DNA from: a virus
Reading direction: 5' to 3' (one strand)
DNA length: 34,983 nucleotides
IMG/VR virus record: IMGVR_UViG_3300029794_000022
Shown here: positions 21,639 to 31,096 of the stretch, in pieces
How positions within the stretch are numbered: the first letter of the stretch is position 1
Layout: every line of letters begins with the position of its first letter
Made by a program: the position numbers and the translations under genes
The notes under the pieces: model-generated
Told to the model about the DNA's origin: nothing
Databases searched by the model: none
Seen by the model: only the letters and a program-made list of their open reading frames with translations

Positions 21639-23312
21639 TTAGCTCATCGCGACGAATGCTACGCCGTTATTATCGCCTGAAGCGACTGGCACGATTTTCA
21701 GCTTGCCGCCAACCGCAAGCCCCTCTTCGACATAACCATTGCGCATGTAGAAAACGCCATTAGTGACCGTGTAAGTCACCTTATTGGCCGAATCATAGCC
21801 GGTCAAGCCTTTATCCGCGCTCACGACAATATGCGAGCCATCAGTAGCCCACATGGTCAAACCGCCATTATCGAGCCGCCCCAATGTCGCTCCAGCCGCC
21901 GACTTGACAAGCATCACGCCATTGCCATTGTCCTGTCCGCCGAGCGTGAGTGTGCCGCCTTTGATAAGGTCAGCCACTAAATTAATCACGTTAATATCCT
22001 GCATATTGAGGGTTCCGTCAATCGTCCAAGCGCTTGTAAAACTGCCGTCGATGCCGGAACTGCTGAAGCCGATCCCTGCGGAATTAATACGCAACACATT
22101 ATGTGCGGATTCCTTCGGCAGGGAATCCACGACCAGAATCTGTTCACCGTCGTAAATAACATAGCTACCGCCATACAGATTGTTGATTTTGTTTTCGGAT
22201 TCATTCAACCGGTCATTTACTGTGGTGACGATTGAGGAATTTACCGCCTGAGCCGCGTCGGTTGCCGTCTGCTGTACAGTACCCATCAAGCCCGAAAGCG
22301 TCTGTTTGAAAGTGCCGAATTCAATGCTCGTGTAGCGCTGTTGGATACAATCGAACTCGAATGATATGACGTTGGTCATCATGTCCAAGCCCATGCGCTC
22401 GTCAATCACTTCGATAGTGTCGCCAATGTCCGTTATTTTCTCCAGATTAGCCGACATCTTGTAGTTGACTTTTGGGACGCAATTCTCGTCCAAATACTTT
22501 TGTGCTTGTTGGCGTAGATCGGAAAGCAGAGCCTGCTTATACGCCACTTCGTCATTGTGTTTACCGTCTGGTGTCTTATAGTCTTCCTGCTTGATATCAG
22601 ACTGCGAGAATTGCACGGTCTTCGTATACGGTAGATCGTACTGTTTTGACGCTTCCATGTAGACCGAGACGCTGCTGTCCAGAGCATTAAGCAGGATACC
22701 GTCACTGCCTTCTGGCAGAAGCTTCGTGCATACGTCGCTCCAGTCGTATGACGCTTCGATGCTCTTGAGATTCTTGCCATAGCGCACTACCACGCCATTA
22801 TCCGCTCCGATAGACTGTCGGATGCCGATAGTCCACCCGTCGCGTACCAAGTGCCCGCCCCAACGCTCCAAAACGGTAGTAATGGCTTCGTAGAGCGACT
22901 TTCGCACGCAACGGAACGAGTCAATCGTATTAATGTCCGAAACCGTCCTGAATGGCGATTGAGGCTCCGTAGCGGTATTGAGATGGTCAAGCGCCTGATT
23001 ACAAGTGCTGTCCACAACATACGAATCTGCAATCAAATAATTAGCAGAATCATAAAAAACATGGTTGCATTTGCACGTGATCTTAGTATGTGTGATCTCC
23101 GGGTTAAGTATACGAAAAGGCTGGGCACCTTGCGGGGTGTCAGCGACGATGATGTTGCCTGATTTGATCCACGGCAAGTATTCCGTGCCGCACGTCAAAT
23201 CCAAATAATAAGCGTCGTTGTCTTCCTTCCTTACTGTCGCTTTTAGCGGCTGGATTACTTTGTCGCCGTTAGTGGCATAAGTCTTGTCTGTTGGGCTGAA
23301 GATTCTGAGCAT
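21639..23312 (-). CDS. Tal-type tail protein (phage minor structural protein N-terminal / prophage tail endopeptidase family)
   Basis: AGGAGGTG sits 4 nt before the ATG at 23312. MLRIFSPTDKTYATNGDKVIQPL...AQPFRI matches the Tal N-terminal pattern. The track ORF's N-terminal extension to 23561 is spurious. Confidence 0.75.
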   Translation of the reverse strand: MLRIFSPTDKTYATNGDKVIQPLKATVRKEDNDAYYLDLTCGTEYLPWIKSGNIIVADTPQGAQPFRILNPEITHTKITCKCNHVFYDSANYLIADSYVVDSTCNQALDHLNTATEPQSPFRTVSDINTIDSFRCVRKSLYEAITTVLERWGGHLVRDGWTIGIRQSIGADNGVVVRYGKNLKSIEASYDWSDVCTKLLPEGSDGILLNALDSSVSVYMEASKQYDLPYTKTVQFSQSDIKQEDYKTPDGKHNDEVAYKQALLSDLRQQAQKYLDENCVPKVNYKMSANLEKITDIGDTIEVIDERMGLDMMTNVISFEFDCIQQRYTSIEFGTFKQTLSGLMGTVQQTATDAAQAVNSSIVTTVNDRLNESENKINNLYGGSYVIYDGEQILVVDSLPKESAHNVLRINSAGIGFSSSGIDGSFTSAWTIDGTLNMQDINVINLVADLIKGGTLTLGGQDNGNGVMLVKSAAGATLGRLDNGGLTMWATDGSHIVVSADKGLTGYDSANKVTYTVTNGVFYMRNGYVEEGLAVGGKLKIVPVASGDNNGVAFVAMS

Positions 23313-23348
23313 TGTTGCACCTCCTGTATCAATGATATGGATAAAAAC

Positions 23349-23390
23349 GACACGCCGAGTGGTTGCGTACCGACGTGATAGGTGTATAGT
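23349..23390 (+). promoter_or_regulatory. Promoter of the plus-strand cassette (TTGCGT-16 nt-TATAGT with the GGTGTATAGT core), preceded by an inverted copy of the 9-mer
   Basis: GACACGCCG at 23349-57, -35 at 23363-68 and -10 at 23385-90. Confidence 0.65.
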
Positions 23391-23438
23391 AATAAGTACC
23401 AGCCGGAAACACCGGCAGGCAACGAGAAAGGAACCACA

Positions 23439-23714
23439 ATGAACACCATCAACAGCAACGAACAGGGCGAGACCAAATATATCGTACACACATACGACCT
23501 GATGGCGCAACACCACACCCGCACATTCAAAAACCTCAACAAGGCAATCGAATACCTTCACAACGAACGCGAATACTACGCCACCTCAGTAATCGAGAAC
23601 GACCGCCATTTCAGTGACGGCACCGGAAACATCGACGACGAAAATATCGCGTGGACACAAAAGAATTTCTTCTACATCGAGCAGATTACGAAAATCGCTC
23701 GCCTCGACTACTGA
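23439..23714 (+). CDS. Hypothetical protein (91 aa), gene 1 of the plus-strand cassette
   Basis: GAGAAAGGAACCACA precedes the ATG; no family recognised. Confidence 0.65.
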   Translation: MNTINSNEQGETKYIVHTYDLMAQHHTRTFKNLNKAIEYLHNEREYYATSVIENDRHFSDGTGNIDDENIAWTQKNFFYIEQITKIARLDY

Positions 23715-23724
23715 ACGATTCACC

Positions 23725-23748
23725 GGGCGGGGGCTTCGGCTCCCGCCC
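23725..23748 (+). promoter_or_regulatory. Very stable intercistronic hairpin with a C(UUCG)G tetraloop and no U tract
   Basis: GGGCGGGGGC-TTCG-GCTCCCGCCC: 10 bp including one G.U that is valid only on the plus strand. Confidence 0.6.
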
Positions 23749-23768
23749 ACCACATGGAAGGACACGCC

Positions 23769-23927
23769 ATGAAAGACAAGCTCGAAACCCTCAGCATCAT
23801 ACTCGTCTTCGCCGGAATGATCCTAAGCATGAACGCCGACGAAACCCACATGACAGTGAATTTCATCGGCGTGGGAATCGCGATCGTTGGATCGCTAATC
23901 CTGCACGTCATCGGCAGGGACGCATGA
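23769..23927 (+). CDS. 52-aa two-TM membrane protein, gene 2 of the plus-strand cassette
   Basis: Hand-translated: MKDKLETLSIILVFAGMILSMNADETHMTVNFIGVGIAIVGSLILHVIGRDA. GGAAGGA RBS. Below the track cutoff. Confidence 0.55.
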   Translation: MKDKLETLSIILVFAGMILSMNADETHMTVNFIGVGIAIVGSLILHVIGRDA

Positions 23928-23972
23928 GATATACTGAGACTTGTCGGGAAAGTCCCGGCCTGTATTTGCCAA

Positions 23973-24008
23973 GTGGCGCGTGGAAAATTAGTCAACAACC
24001 CGCGCCAC
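23973..24008. terminator. Hairpin between the convergent cassette and endolysin genes
   Basis: 8-bp stem GTGGCGCG/CGCGCCAC with a roughly 20-nt loop; weak U tracts on both strands. Confidence 0.4.
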
Positions 24009-24020
24009 TATCACTCTTAA

Positions 24021-25091
24021 TCAGTCGATTCTCAGCACCTGCCCGACACGAATCAGATTAGCGTTCTTGATTCCGTTAATCTGCTGGAGCCGCTGCCAAG
24101 TCGTACCGTACCGAGCGGCAATACCGGAGAGCGTATCACCGGCACGCACCGTGTAAGTCCGCGACTGGTGCCCACCGCCCAGCTTCTGGTTGACGATAGA
24201 CTGCACCGCATTATAGCGATTGCCAAGCGCACGCTTACGATTCTCGCCATCCCCGTACTTTCCGGCGATCACTTCGTCGGCAAGCTGAGCGTCGGTCTTA
24301 CCGGCGAGCGGATCAGCAAGCCGCTGATTGACAATAGCCTGAACAGCGGCATAGCGATTACCGAGTGCCTTCTTACGTGCATCGCCATCACCGTACTTTC
24401 CGGCAATCACTTCGTCGGCAAGCTGATTATCGGACTTGCCAGCGAGCGGGTCAACCGGCTTAGGTGTCGGAGTAGCCGCGCCGGAAGCACCAGCGTACTT
24501 ACGCCAAGCGTTCGCATCACCATAGAACTTGTCAAGGTCGAGATTGCCATTCCAGCCGGTAAGCCGTCCAGCAGACGAATACTGACGGATAGCACAAGAA
24601 TAGGCTCCCTCATTCCACGGCTGATCCTGATAGCCGGTCGCGCTCATATCGGCATACTGGGCGATCCACAAACCGCAATCATGACGCTTGGCAACAGCAG
24701 CCGTCTGGGTATAAGCGGAAGCCTGCACGTAGATAAGCGGCTTGATGCCGGTACGCTCGATAACGCGGGAGACAAGCGCATCAAGGTATGTGTAGTTCCC
24801 CCACGCCCTATTAGAACCGCCCTCCCAGTCGATGCACAGGATACCCCTACCCAGATAACCCTTGATATTGTCCACGTAGTAGTCAGCTTCCGCCACAGCG
24901 CCGGAGCCGTTCACGTAATGATACGTGCCCCAGCACTTGCCAAGCTTAATGCACTGCTGCACAGCGCGGTCGCAATCAGGATTGACGTAATTAACGCCTT
25001 CCGTCGCCTTGACGATAACAAAATCGCAAGGGACTACGCTAAGGTCAATCCCCGCTTGATACGAACTCACATCGATTCCTCGAAGTGACAT
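24021..25091 (-). CDS. Endolysin: GH25 muramidase, two CW_7-like repeats and a C-terminal LysM
   Basis: RGIDVSSYQ...KATEG...DWE (GH25). Duplicated DPLAGK(S/T)[58 protein letters not shown] (LysM). GAAGGAG RBS at 25091. Confidence 0.85.
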   Translation of the reverse strand: MSLRGIDVSSYQAGIDLSVVPCDFVIVKATEGVNYVNPDCDRAVQQCIKLGKCWGTYHYVNGSGAVAEADYYVDNIKGYLGRGILCIDWEGGSNRAWGNYTYLDALVSRVIERTGIKPLIYVQASAYTQTAAVAKRHDCGLWIAQYADMSATGYQDQPWNEGAYSCAIRQYSSAGRLTGWNGNLDLDKFYGDANAWRKYAGASGAATPTPKPVDPLAGKSDNQLADEVIAGKYGDGDARKKALGNRYAAVQAIVNQRLADPLAGKTDAQLADEVIAGKYGDGENRKRALGNRYNAVQSIVNQKLGGGHQSRTYTVRAGDTLSGIAARYGTTWQRLQQINGIKNANLIRVGQVLRID

Positions 25092-25219
25092 AATATCACT
25101 CTCCTTCATATCTTTTAAGCACATGTCCTCTGCACGTGCGTTGAAACCATTTATTGTTATTTTACTTGGATTCCAGAGCCGCAATGCGGTCTATCGCCGC
25201 TTGTCAGTCGATGCCATCA

Positions 25220-27115
25220 TCAAGACTGCGAACCAGCTGCGACCCAAGAAACGGTACCTTCAAACCACGTACCAGTGTTGTAATTGGTATCGACGGTAGG
25301 ACGGAACGCCACCTCGTTGCCTTTGACCTGCAAAGCCGTGTTATTGTTCGGCTCACTATTAGCATTAGTCACAATCGGCATATGAACTTCGCCGAGAGAG
25401 CCAAGACCCTCAGGGAGAGTAAGGACATGCGCACGGTCCCACCCCTTAGCATTCCACGCGGCACTCTTGCGACTCGCCGAGAATGACAGTGTGCAGACAC
25501 CGCCGACCACTCGCAACCTGCAAAACTTCCAAGTATAGTCGTCATACCAAGTGCCCTTGGTAAGACCACTGCCAACCTCGTAAGTGGCGGGGCTGATGAG
25601 AGCATCATACTTCGATTGCATCTGACTGATGCGGTCGGCCAGCGCCTGCACGTCGATGGTGCCATCGGCCGACACGTTGATTCCCGCGCCAATCTTGATA
25701 CCGCCGAGAGTGGTGGCCGTGGCAGCGGGAAGCGTGTAGACGCCCTCACCTTTATCGCCCTTGTCGCCCTTGTCGCCCTTGTCGCCCTTCTGACCTTTAA
25801 GGGTGGCGAGAATGGGGCCGACACCATACGAGCCACCGCCGCTGGTGGTTGTGCTCTTGATAAGCATGAGATTACCAGAAGGCGTGAGGATAAAATCCCC
25901 TATCATAGGAGGGTCTGTCACGGTTGCGCTTGGCCTCAAGTAACTCCAACCGTGGGACGGACTGCTCGGCGCCATCTCACCGGGCACTGAGTATATCCGG
26001 TTGCCGCGCGGGCCAGTAGCGCCTGTGTCGCCCTTGTCACCTTTCGGGATCGTGAAGTCAAGCACAACGTCCTTAGCTGTCCCGGAATTCACGACACTCG
26101 CCTGCGTACCCGGCGCACCCGTCGTAGTCTTACCGACCTTAAGCGTATTACCGCCAGTACCGATAGACGTGACACCAATGTACTTGCCGCCGCGAGCATA
26201 CCAGACGGCATTCAGCGAAAGCTGGTATGGAACCACATGGTCAGGCAGCATGCTGCGATAGAATCTCAGAGTGTACACGCCACCGTTCTCTTCGATGTAG
26301 AACCGCTGGAAATCCGAGGCTCCCGACGTGTCACCGGAGATAACACCCTTCGTGTTGTCTGTCGAAATAATGTAGTATCCCGTTCCGCTGCCGGAAGTAT
26401 AGTCGAAAAATGCCTTGTCCGGGCAATATTTGCCATCGACTTGGCATAAATCGTATGTCTGGTCGTTGCTGGTGCTGAGGCTAAGAGAGCCGTTGGCGTG
26501 GGCGTGGACAAGCGCTGTCATCGGGTCATATGTCAGTTGCACGTGTATAGTGTCCACGCCGTTAAGCTGGACATTATCGTCGTAGATCGTGGTAGGCTTG
26601 CTGCTCGCGCCGACCAGTCCGCTAATATCCTCGACTGTCTTATTAAGCGCATCAGACTTGGCAGTCAGTGACGAAGACAGATTGTCAAACTTCTTCTCAA
26701 TCGATGAAGTGTACTGGTCATACAATGTCCTGTCATCAGCACTGGCCGCCGAAGCACGACGCATGCTGGCCGCTTCAACCTCAATGATGAAATTCTGCGT
26801 GCCGATAGGATTACCGTCCGCATCGAAAATCACCAATTCCGCCGCGTGCTTGCCCGCGCACTTGGTCATCTCCTGATTGATGGTGAAGCTCACCTTGCTA
26901 CCGGTGCCCACAGTGCACGACACCGAGAACTCCACGTCATCAGCTCGAGTACCATCGACACGAGCCACCATGCCGTCAATCTGCGCCAAATCACGCCCAT
27001 CATAGACCGTGAACACGATAGTGCGCGAGCCAGTATCGAACTGAGACATTTTAACTACCGGATACTCGCCGGTAGCCTTTAAGTCAATGTCGTAATTCTG
27101 GGTAATTACAGCCAT
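25220..27115 (-). CDS. BppU-N-like baseplate/fibre protein with a collagen-like stretch
   Basis: AGGAGGA RBS. N-terminus ITQNYDIDLKATGEYPVVKMSQFDTGSRTIVFTV is BppU_N-like. GDKGDKGDKGDKGEG triplets. Confidence 0.6.
   Translation of the reverse strand: MAVITQNYDIDLKATGEYPVVKMSQFDTGSRTIVFTVYDGRDLAQIDGMVARVDGTRADDVEFSVSCTVGTGSKVSFTINQEMTKCAGKHAAELVIFDADGNPIGTQNFIIEVEAASMRRASAASADDRTLYDQYTSSIEKKFDNLSSSLTAKSDALNKTVEDISGLVGASSKPTTIYDDNVQLNGVDTIHVQLTYDPMTALVHAHANGSLSLSTSNDQTYDLCQVDGKYCPDKAFFDYTSGSGTGYYIISTDNTKGVISGDTSGASDFQRFYIEENGGVYTLRFYRSMLPDHVVPYQLSLNAVWYARGGKYIGVTSIGTGGNTLKVGKTTTGAPGTQASVVNSGTAKDVVLDFTIPKGDKGDTGATGPRGNRIYSVPGEMAPSSPSHGWSYLRPSATVTDPPMIGDFILTPSGNLMLIKSTTTSGGGSYGVGPILATLKGQKGDKGDKGDKGDKGEGVYTLPAATATTLGGIKIGAGINVSADGTIDVQALADRISQMQSKYDALISPATYEVGSGLTKGTWYDDYTWKFCRLRVVGGVCTLSFSASRKSAAWNAKGWDRAHVLTLPEGLGSLGEVHMPIVTNANSEPNNNTALQVKGNEVAFRPTVDTNYNTGTWFEGTVSWVAAGSQS
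25755..25790. repeat. 9-bp tandem repeat x4 encoding (GDK)n
   Basis: tcgcccttg units at 25755, 25764, 25773 and 25782. Confidence 0.9.
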
Positions 27116-27126
27116 AATCAATCCTC

Positions 27127-27849
27127 CTAGATCCATCGTGAATAGTCTTCGATGGTGAGACTACTAACCGTCCCACTCCATTTTATCGAATGTTTGCCCG
27201 GCGAAAGCGTCAGCCTCTGATAGTCTCCGGTAATATGCCGGTTCATTAACGCGCCTTCCGGCGTGGACGCTTCCAGATTGGCAACATCGATCACAAGCGT
27301 GTAATCGCCCGTGTTGGCGACCTGCAAGACCTGCGAGCCATCAAGATACAGCCCGATATTACCGCTAGCCTTGATGGTGAGCTTCGGTGCCGCCGACACA
27401 TTCCCCGCATTCGTCACCACCGCCTGAGCGTCCGCATTCGTAAAGACTTTCGGCCGCTGGAGCCTGCCAGTCTTATACGGCTGGACGTGGAGCTTCACGT
27501 CAGCCGTCCGATACCGCACTAATCGCTCGAAATCAATGTTTTCAAGCTGCTGGAATCGGTACGCTTTATCAGGCTCATTGCTGAATGTGATTGTGCCACT
27601 AGTGGCGAAGAATTCCACCACCTTGTCAATGTCGAATCCGCCATGCAGACCGATGCTTAGCGTCTTGTCGTAAGCCTGATATCCAAGCGTGGTGATGATA
27701 TCACCGTCCCTGCCGTCGATTTCCTCCGCGTTATAACGCATCTTAGGCTTCGTGATCGGCGGAAGCGAAGTCACAATAAGACCATTCACGCCATATGACG
27801 GCTTGTCATTGATAAGCACCCAAGGACGGGTATACGCAAAACCTTCCAT
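27127..27849 (-). CDS. Distal tail protein (Dit, siphovirus tail component family)
   Basis: 240 aa immediately after the tape measure gene; NGLIVTSLP...AEEIDGRDGD...YDKTLSIGL pattern. Confidence 0.7.
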   Translation of the reverse strand: MEGFAYTRPWVLINDKPSYGVNGLIVTSLPPITKPKMRYNAEEIDGRDGDIITTLGYQAYDKTLSIGLHGGFDIDKVVEFFATSGTITFSNEPDKAYRFQQLENIDFERLVRYRTADVKLHVQPYKTGRLQRPKVFTNADAQAVVTNAGNVSAAPKLTIKASGNIGLYLDGSQVLQVANTGDYTLVIDVANLEASTPEGALMNRHITGDYQRLTLSPGKHSIKWSGTVSSLTIEDYSRWI

Positions 27850-27862
27850 ACTTCAATCCTCC

Positions 27863-30424
27863 TTATCCATAGATGGCGGCTGTGACCGTCTTCTTGACAA
27901 AACGCCCAGCCACTTCGTCATCAAGCACCACGCGCACACCCTGCAGGGCTTCGACCAGAGCATCAATCAGGTTAGACTGCGAACCATACCCGTAGCCGGG
28001 GGAAGCCGATTGAGCCGCCGAGACAGTGCCAAGATCGTAAGACTGAGCAAAAGCGTCAGAGCTAGGCATAGCATCAATCATCTGCTTCGACACATTGCCC
28101 ATCTCGTCCTCGAAGCCCACGCCAATACCCTCAGCCAAATACTTGCCAACCTCATCACGCATCAGCCTCGAAGGCGAGTGGATACCGAAGAAGCCCTTGA
28201 TATCCTGCATAATCCCGTGAACCCAGCCGCTCACCTTGTCACGAAGCCAGCCAGCAGAATTCTGGATACCCTGCCACAAGCCACTGACGATGTTCGCGCC
28301 GACATCAAGCACCATGCTAGGAGCCTGCCTGAGCGCCCCGACAATGCTGCTCACGACATTTCTCGCGCCACTCACGGCATTGCCGATACCCCTCACGATG
28401 CCCGCCGCAAGCTGCACCATCATCTGCAAGCCCGTGCTGAGAATCTCAGGCAAATGCGCGCTGAGCGTCCTCACAATCTTCACCACGATCTGCGGGAGCA
28501 TGGCGATCAATTGAGGGATCGCCTGAGTGATGCCTTGGATTAGGGCGATAAGGATCTGGATACCGGCAGTGACGAGCAAAGGCAGATTATTCAGTAGCAC
28601 GTCGGTGATCTGCATGACGATACCGGGCAGCATCTGGATAAGCTGCGGCAAGGCTTCCACCAAGCCATTAGTCAAGGCAATAAGCATCTGCACGCCAGCT
28701 TGGATAATCAACGGCAGATTAGCCAGCACCACTGATGCCACTTGTTGCACAATCGTCGGCAACATCGCGATTAATGTTGGCAATGCTTCCGTGATGCCCT
28801 GAATCAGGCTAGCCAGCATCTGCATACCAGCATCAATCAACTGCGGTAGCAGCGTGAGCAGGGCTTCCACGATCTGCGGCAAGGCGTCAGCCAGCGCACT
28901 CATAATCTGCGGGAGCGCCGCGACAATCGCCTGCACCACCTGCGACAAGCCACTCACAATATTAGGCACTTGAGCCGTAATCAACGGCAGAAGCTGCGAT
29001 GTAAGCATGTTCACCGCTTGCGGAAGCAGCTGGACAGCCGCAGTAACCATGCCGTTAATCAAAGGCGCGATACGCGGCATGATATTCGACGCGAAAGTAT
29101 TGACCGAATCAACAAGATTGTTGATCAGCCCGTCCATATTCGCGCCACTATCGGACATGCCAGCGAGCAGATTCTGCCAGCTCGCCTTCATCGCGTTCAT
29201 CGAGCCTTCGATGGTCGTGGACGCTTCCTTAGCCGTCGTGCCAGTGATGCCCATCTGCGTCTGCACGGCATGGATGGCCTTAACGGTATCGCCAAAGTCA
29301 CCGACAGTGTAGTGCTCGCCGGTCAGCTTCTCAGCGTCCGACATGAGACGTTCCATCTCGGCCTTCGTGCCACCATAGCCGAGCTTCAAATTATCGAGCA
29401 TGGCATAATTTCCACGAGCCAAGCTCTGGTATGTCTGCTGGATAGAGCCGATATCAGTGCCCATTTTGTTCGCGTTATCGCTCATGTCCTGCACGGCGGT
29501 ATTACCAAGCTCAGCCGCCGCCTTCGTGTCACCACCAAGCGACTGGATAAGCGACGCGGTAAAGCCCGTAACGGTATCCATGTACTCGTTAGCGCTCATT
29601 CCAGCCGCCTTATAGGCGTTATTCGCGTAATCCTGCACGATACCAGCCGAATCTTTGAAAAGCGTCTGTACGCCGCCCACAAGCTGCTCATTCTGCGAAT
29701 ACGCTTCGATGGCCTGCTTGCCGACATTAAGCACAGCGGCACCAAGATTCTTCAATCCATTGACAGCCGCACCAATGGCACTGGACGCAAGATTAGCCAG
29801 CACATTCTTGAACACGGTATACCCGCCGCTAGCTTCCTGCGCCTGCCTACCACTCTTAGCTGCTTCCTCGCCAAGCTCACTAGCAGACTTGCCAGCCTTA
29901 TCCATATCAGGCGACAAGCTCTTAATCTCAGCGTCAGTCTTGTTGATATCCGCCTGAGCATTATTCATCTGCGTGCGCATCTTGCTCATGGCAATCTCAT
30001 TGGCATTGACAGCCGCCGAAGACTTATCCACATCACGAGCCAGATTCGCCACGACTTTCGCCTGCGCCTGATACTCAGGAGACGTTTTGCCAAGCGTCGC
30101 CTCAATCTGCGCCAGCTTCTGCTTCTCAGCATCATAGCTTGCGACAAGCTCCTTATGCTTCGTATTGTTCGCCGTGTACTGCGCGCTCATGGCGCGATAT
30201 TGCGAGGTAAGGACGCTCAGCTTTTCCTTCTGCGCAGCCATCTTGTTATTCAGCGCTTCAGTCCTCGCAGTCAGCGCCACCTGAGACGTGTCGCTCTTTG
30301 CATACTGGGAGCTGACGACTTTCATTTCAGATCCGACTTCACGCAGATTCTGCGAGATACGTGCAAGCGCCTGACGATAGGCGCTCTCACCTTGTAACTT
30401 AATCGCGCCGCCGAAACCTGCCAT
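27863..30424 (-). CDS. Tape measure protein
   Basis: 853 aa; coiled-coil N-terminus; long hydrophobic LPQ(I/L)(I/V)-type repeats; position after the chaperone pair. AGGAGGTG precedes the ATG at 30424. Confidence 0.85.
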   Translation of the reverse strand: MAGFGGAIKLQGESAYRQALARISQNLREVGSEMKVVSSQYAKSDTSQVALTARTEALNNKMAAQKEKLSVLTSQYRAMSAQYTANNTKHKELVASYDAEKQKLAQIEATLGKTSPEYQAQAKVVANLARDVDKSSAAVNANEIAMSKMRTQMNNAQADINKTDAEIKSLSPDMDKAGKSASELGEEAAKSGRQAQEASGGYTVFKNVLANLASSAIGAAVNGLKNLGAAVLNVGKQAIEAYSQNEQLVGGVQTLFKDSAGIVQDYANNAYKAAGMSANEYMDTVTGFTASLIQSLGGDTKAAAELGNTAVQDMSDNANKMGTDIGSIQQTYQSLARGNYAMLDNLKLGYGGTKAEMERLMSDAEKLTGEHYTVGDFGDTVKAIHAVQTQMGITGTTAKEASTTIEGSMNAMKASWQNLLAGMSDSGANMDGLINNLVDSVNTFASNIMPRIAPLINGMVTAAVQLLPQAVNMLTSQLLPLITAQVPNIVSGLSQVVQAIVAALPQIMSALADALPQIVEALLTLLPQLIDAGMQMLASLIQGITEALPTLIAMLPTIVQQVASVVLANLPLIIQAGVQMLIALTNGLVEALPQLIQMLPGIVMQITDVLLNNLPLLVTAGIQILIALIQGITQAIPQLIAMLPQIVVKIVRTLSAHLPEILSTGLQMMVQLAAGIVRGIGNAVSGARNVVSSIVGALRQAPSMVLDVGANIVSGLWQGIQNSAGWLRDKVSGWVHGIMQDIKGFFGIHSPSRLMRDEVGKYLAEGIGVGFEDEMGNVSKQMIDAMPSSDAFAQSYDLGTVSAAQSASPGYGYGSQSNLIDALVEALQGVRVVLDDEVAGRFVKKTVTAAIYG

Positions 30425-30435
30425 TATCCCACCTC

Positions 30436-31031
30436 CTAGAACCATTCTTCTTCTTGCGCCTGCTTAGCCTTCACCTGAGCATAAGTCGTGTTATTCACTC
30501 GAAGCATATTCTCCACGTCGAACACGTTTTGATATGCCTGATACCGCCCCATGAAGTCCTTGAGCGTCAAGCGCATAACCTCACGGTCAGACGATAAGCC
30601 CAACCGCGCCCGGCCAATAAAAAGTATCCACGAGAAATCTATGGCCGGGTCTTGGTCAAAAATCACGTCATCGTCGTGGATTATTCGTTTTTTGAGCCGT
30701 CCTCAGTGGACGCGACAACAATCTCCTGCATCTGCGCAGTGATAGCGTCCATTCCGACAGCGCCGATCAATCGTCCGACCTGCTTCAACGTCAACGGCTT
30801 GATATCCGCGCCGGTGTCCTCATTATCGATGTCAATGCCTTCATTGAGCATTGCCGCGAACCCGAAAATGACAGCCTTTGCATTCGGCTCTCCGTTCTCG
30901 CCTTCGGTCTGCTTGCCCCACTCGTCCAGCGACCCGTACTCTTCCTGAATCGCCTGCATCACATTCAGATTGAAAGCAAGGTGATATTCCTGCCCCTTGT
31001 AGACAATCGCATCATTCGTTTTCTTAGTCAT
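30436..31031 (-). CDS. Tail assembly chaperone, -1 frameshift fusion (G-T-like)
   Basis: A -1 slip at A AAA AAC joins the G-like frame to ORF 30436-30666 (registers match, no intervening stop): ...SKKRIIHDDDVIFDQDPAIDFSW... Confidence 0.65.
30681..31031 (-). CDS. Tail assembly chaperone (G-like, short product)
   Basis: 116-aa acidic ORF between the major tail and tape measure genes. Confidence 0.75.
   Translation of the reverse strand: MTKKTNDAIVYKGQEYHLAFNLNVMQAIQEEYGSLDEWGKQTEGENGEPNAKAVIFGFAAMLNEGIDIDNEDTGADIKPLTLKQVGRLIGAVGMDAITAQMQEIVVASTEDGSKNE
30687..30693 (-). promoter_or_regulatory. Slippery heptamer A AAA AAC for the -1 programmed frameshift
   Basis: UCA AAA AAC GAA UAA at the end of the G-like ORF. 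Confidence 0.65.
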
Positions 31032-31041
31032 AAGTTCCTCC

Positions 31042-31078
31042 TAAAAGTAAGGGCATGACACTTATCATGCCATGCCCT
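31042..31078 (-). terminator. Probable leaky terminator after the major tail gene
   Basis: 8-bp stem 31050-57/31071-78, followed on the minus strand by UACUUUUAG. Confidence 0.45.
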
Positions 31079-31096
31079 ATTATCTCACGAAAAAGG

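Noticed and set aside
23328-23357. The 9-mer copy at 23349-57 as a promoter for Tal, by analogy with promoter copies A to C
   Set aside because: At the A-C spacing the -10 box would be ATTGAT or TATCAT. The transcription start would then fall at or just before the Tal Shine-Dalgarno sequence, leaving almost no leader. The motif is more likely an upstream regulatory site for the plus-strand promoter, or a protein-binding site.
23313-23561. N-terminal extension of the Tal ORF (the track start at 23561), which overlaps the plus-strand gene
   Set aside because: A strong AGGAGGTG RBS and the conserved Tal N-terminus (MLRIFSP...) begin at 23312. The extension is hydrophobic junk that crosses the divergent promoter region.
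25092-25219. A possible hidden holin gene in the 127-nt spacer upstream of the endolysin
   Set aside because: Only 8-10 codon ATG frames exist there, with no hydrophobic stretch and no RBS.
25755-25790. Short tandem repeats (9-bp x4 here; 21-bp x4 at 4584-4667; 15-bp x7 at 14262-14366), considered as a CRISPR-like array
   Set aside because: The units are contiguous with no spacers and are in-frame inside ORFs. They encode Gly-Asp-Lys triplets, EAEAAKR heptads and initiator linker repeats. No CRISPR repeat-spacer architecture exists anywhere in the window.
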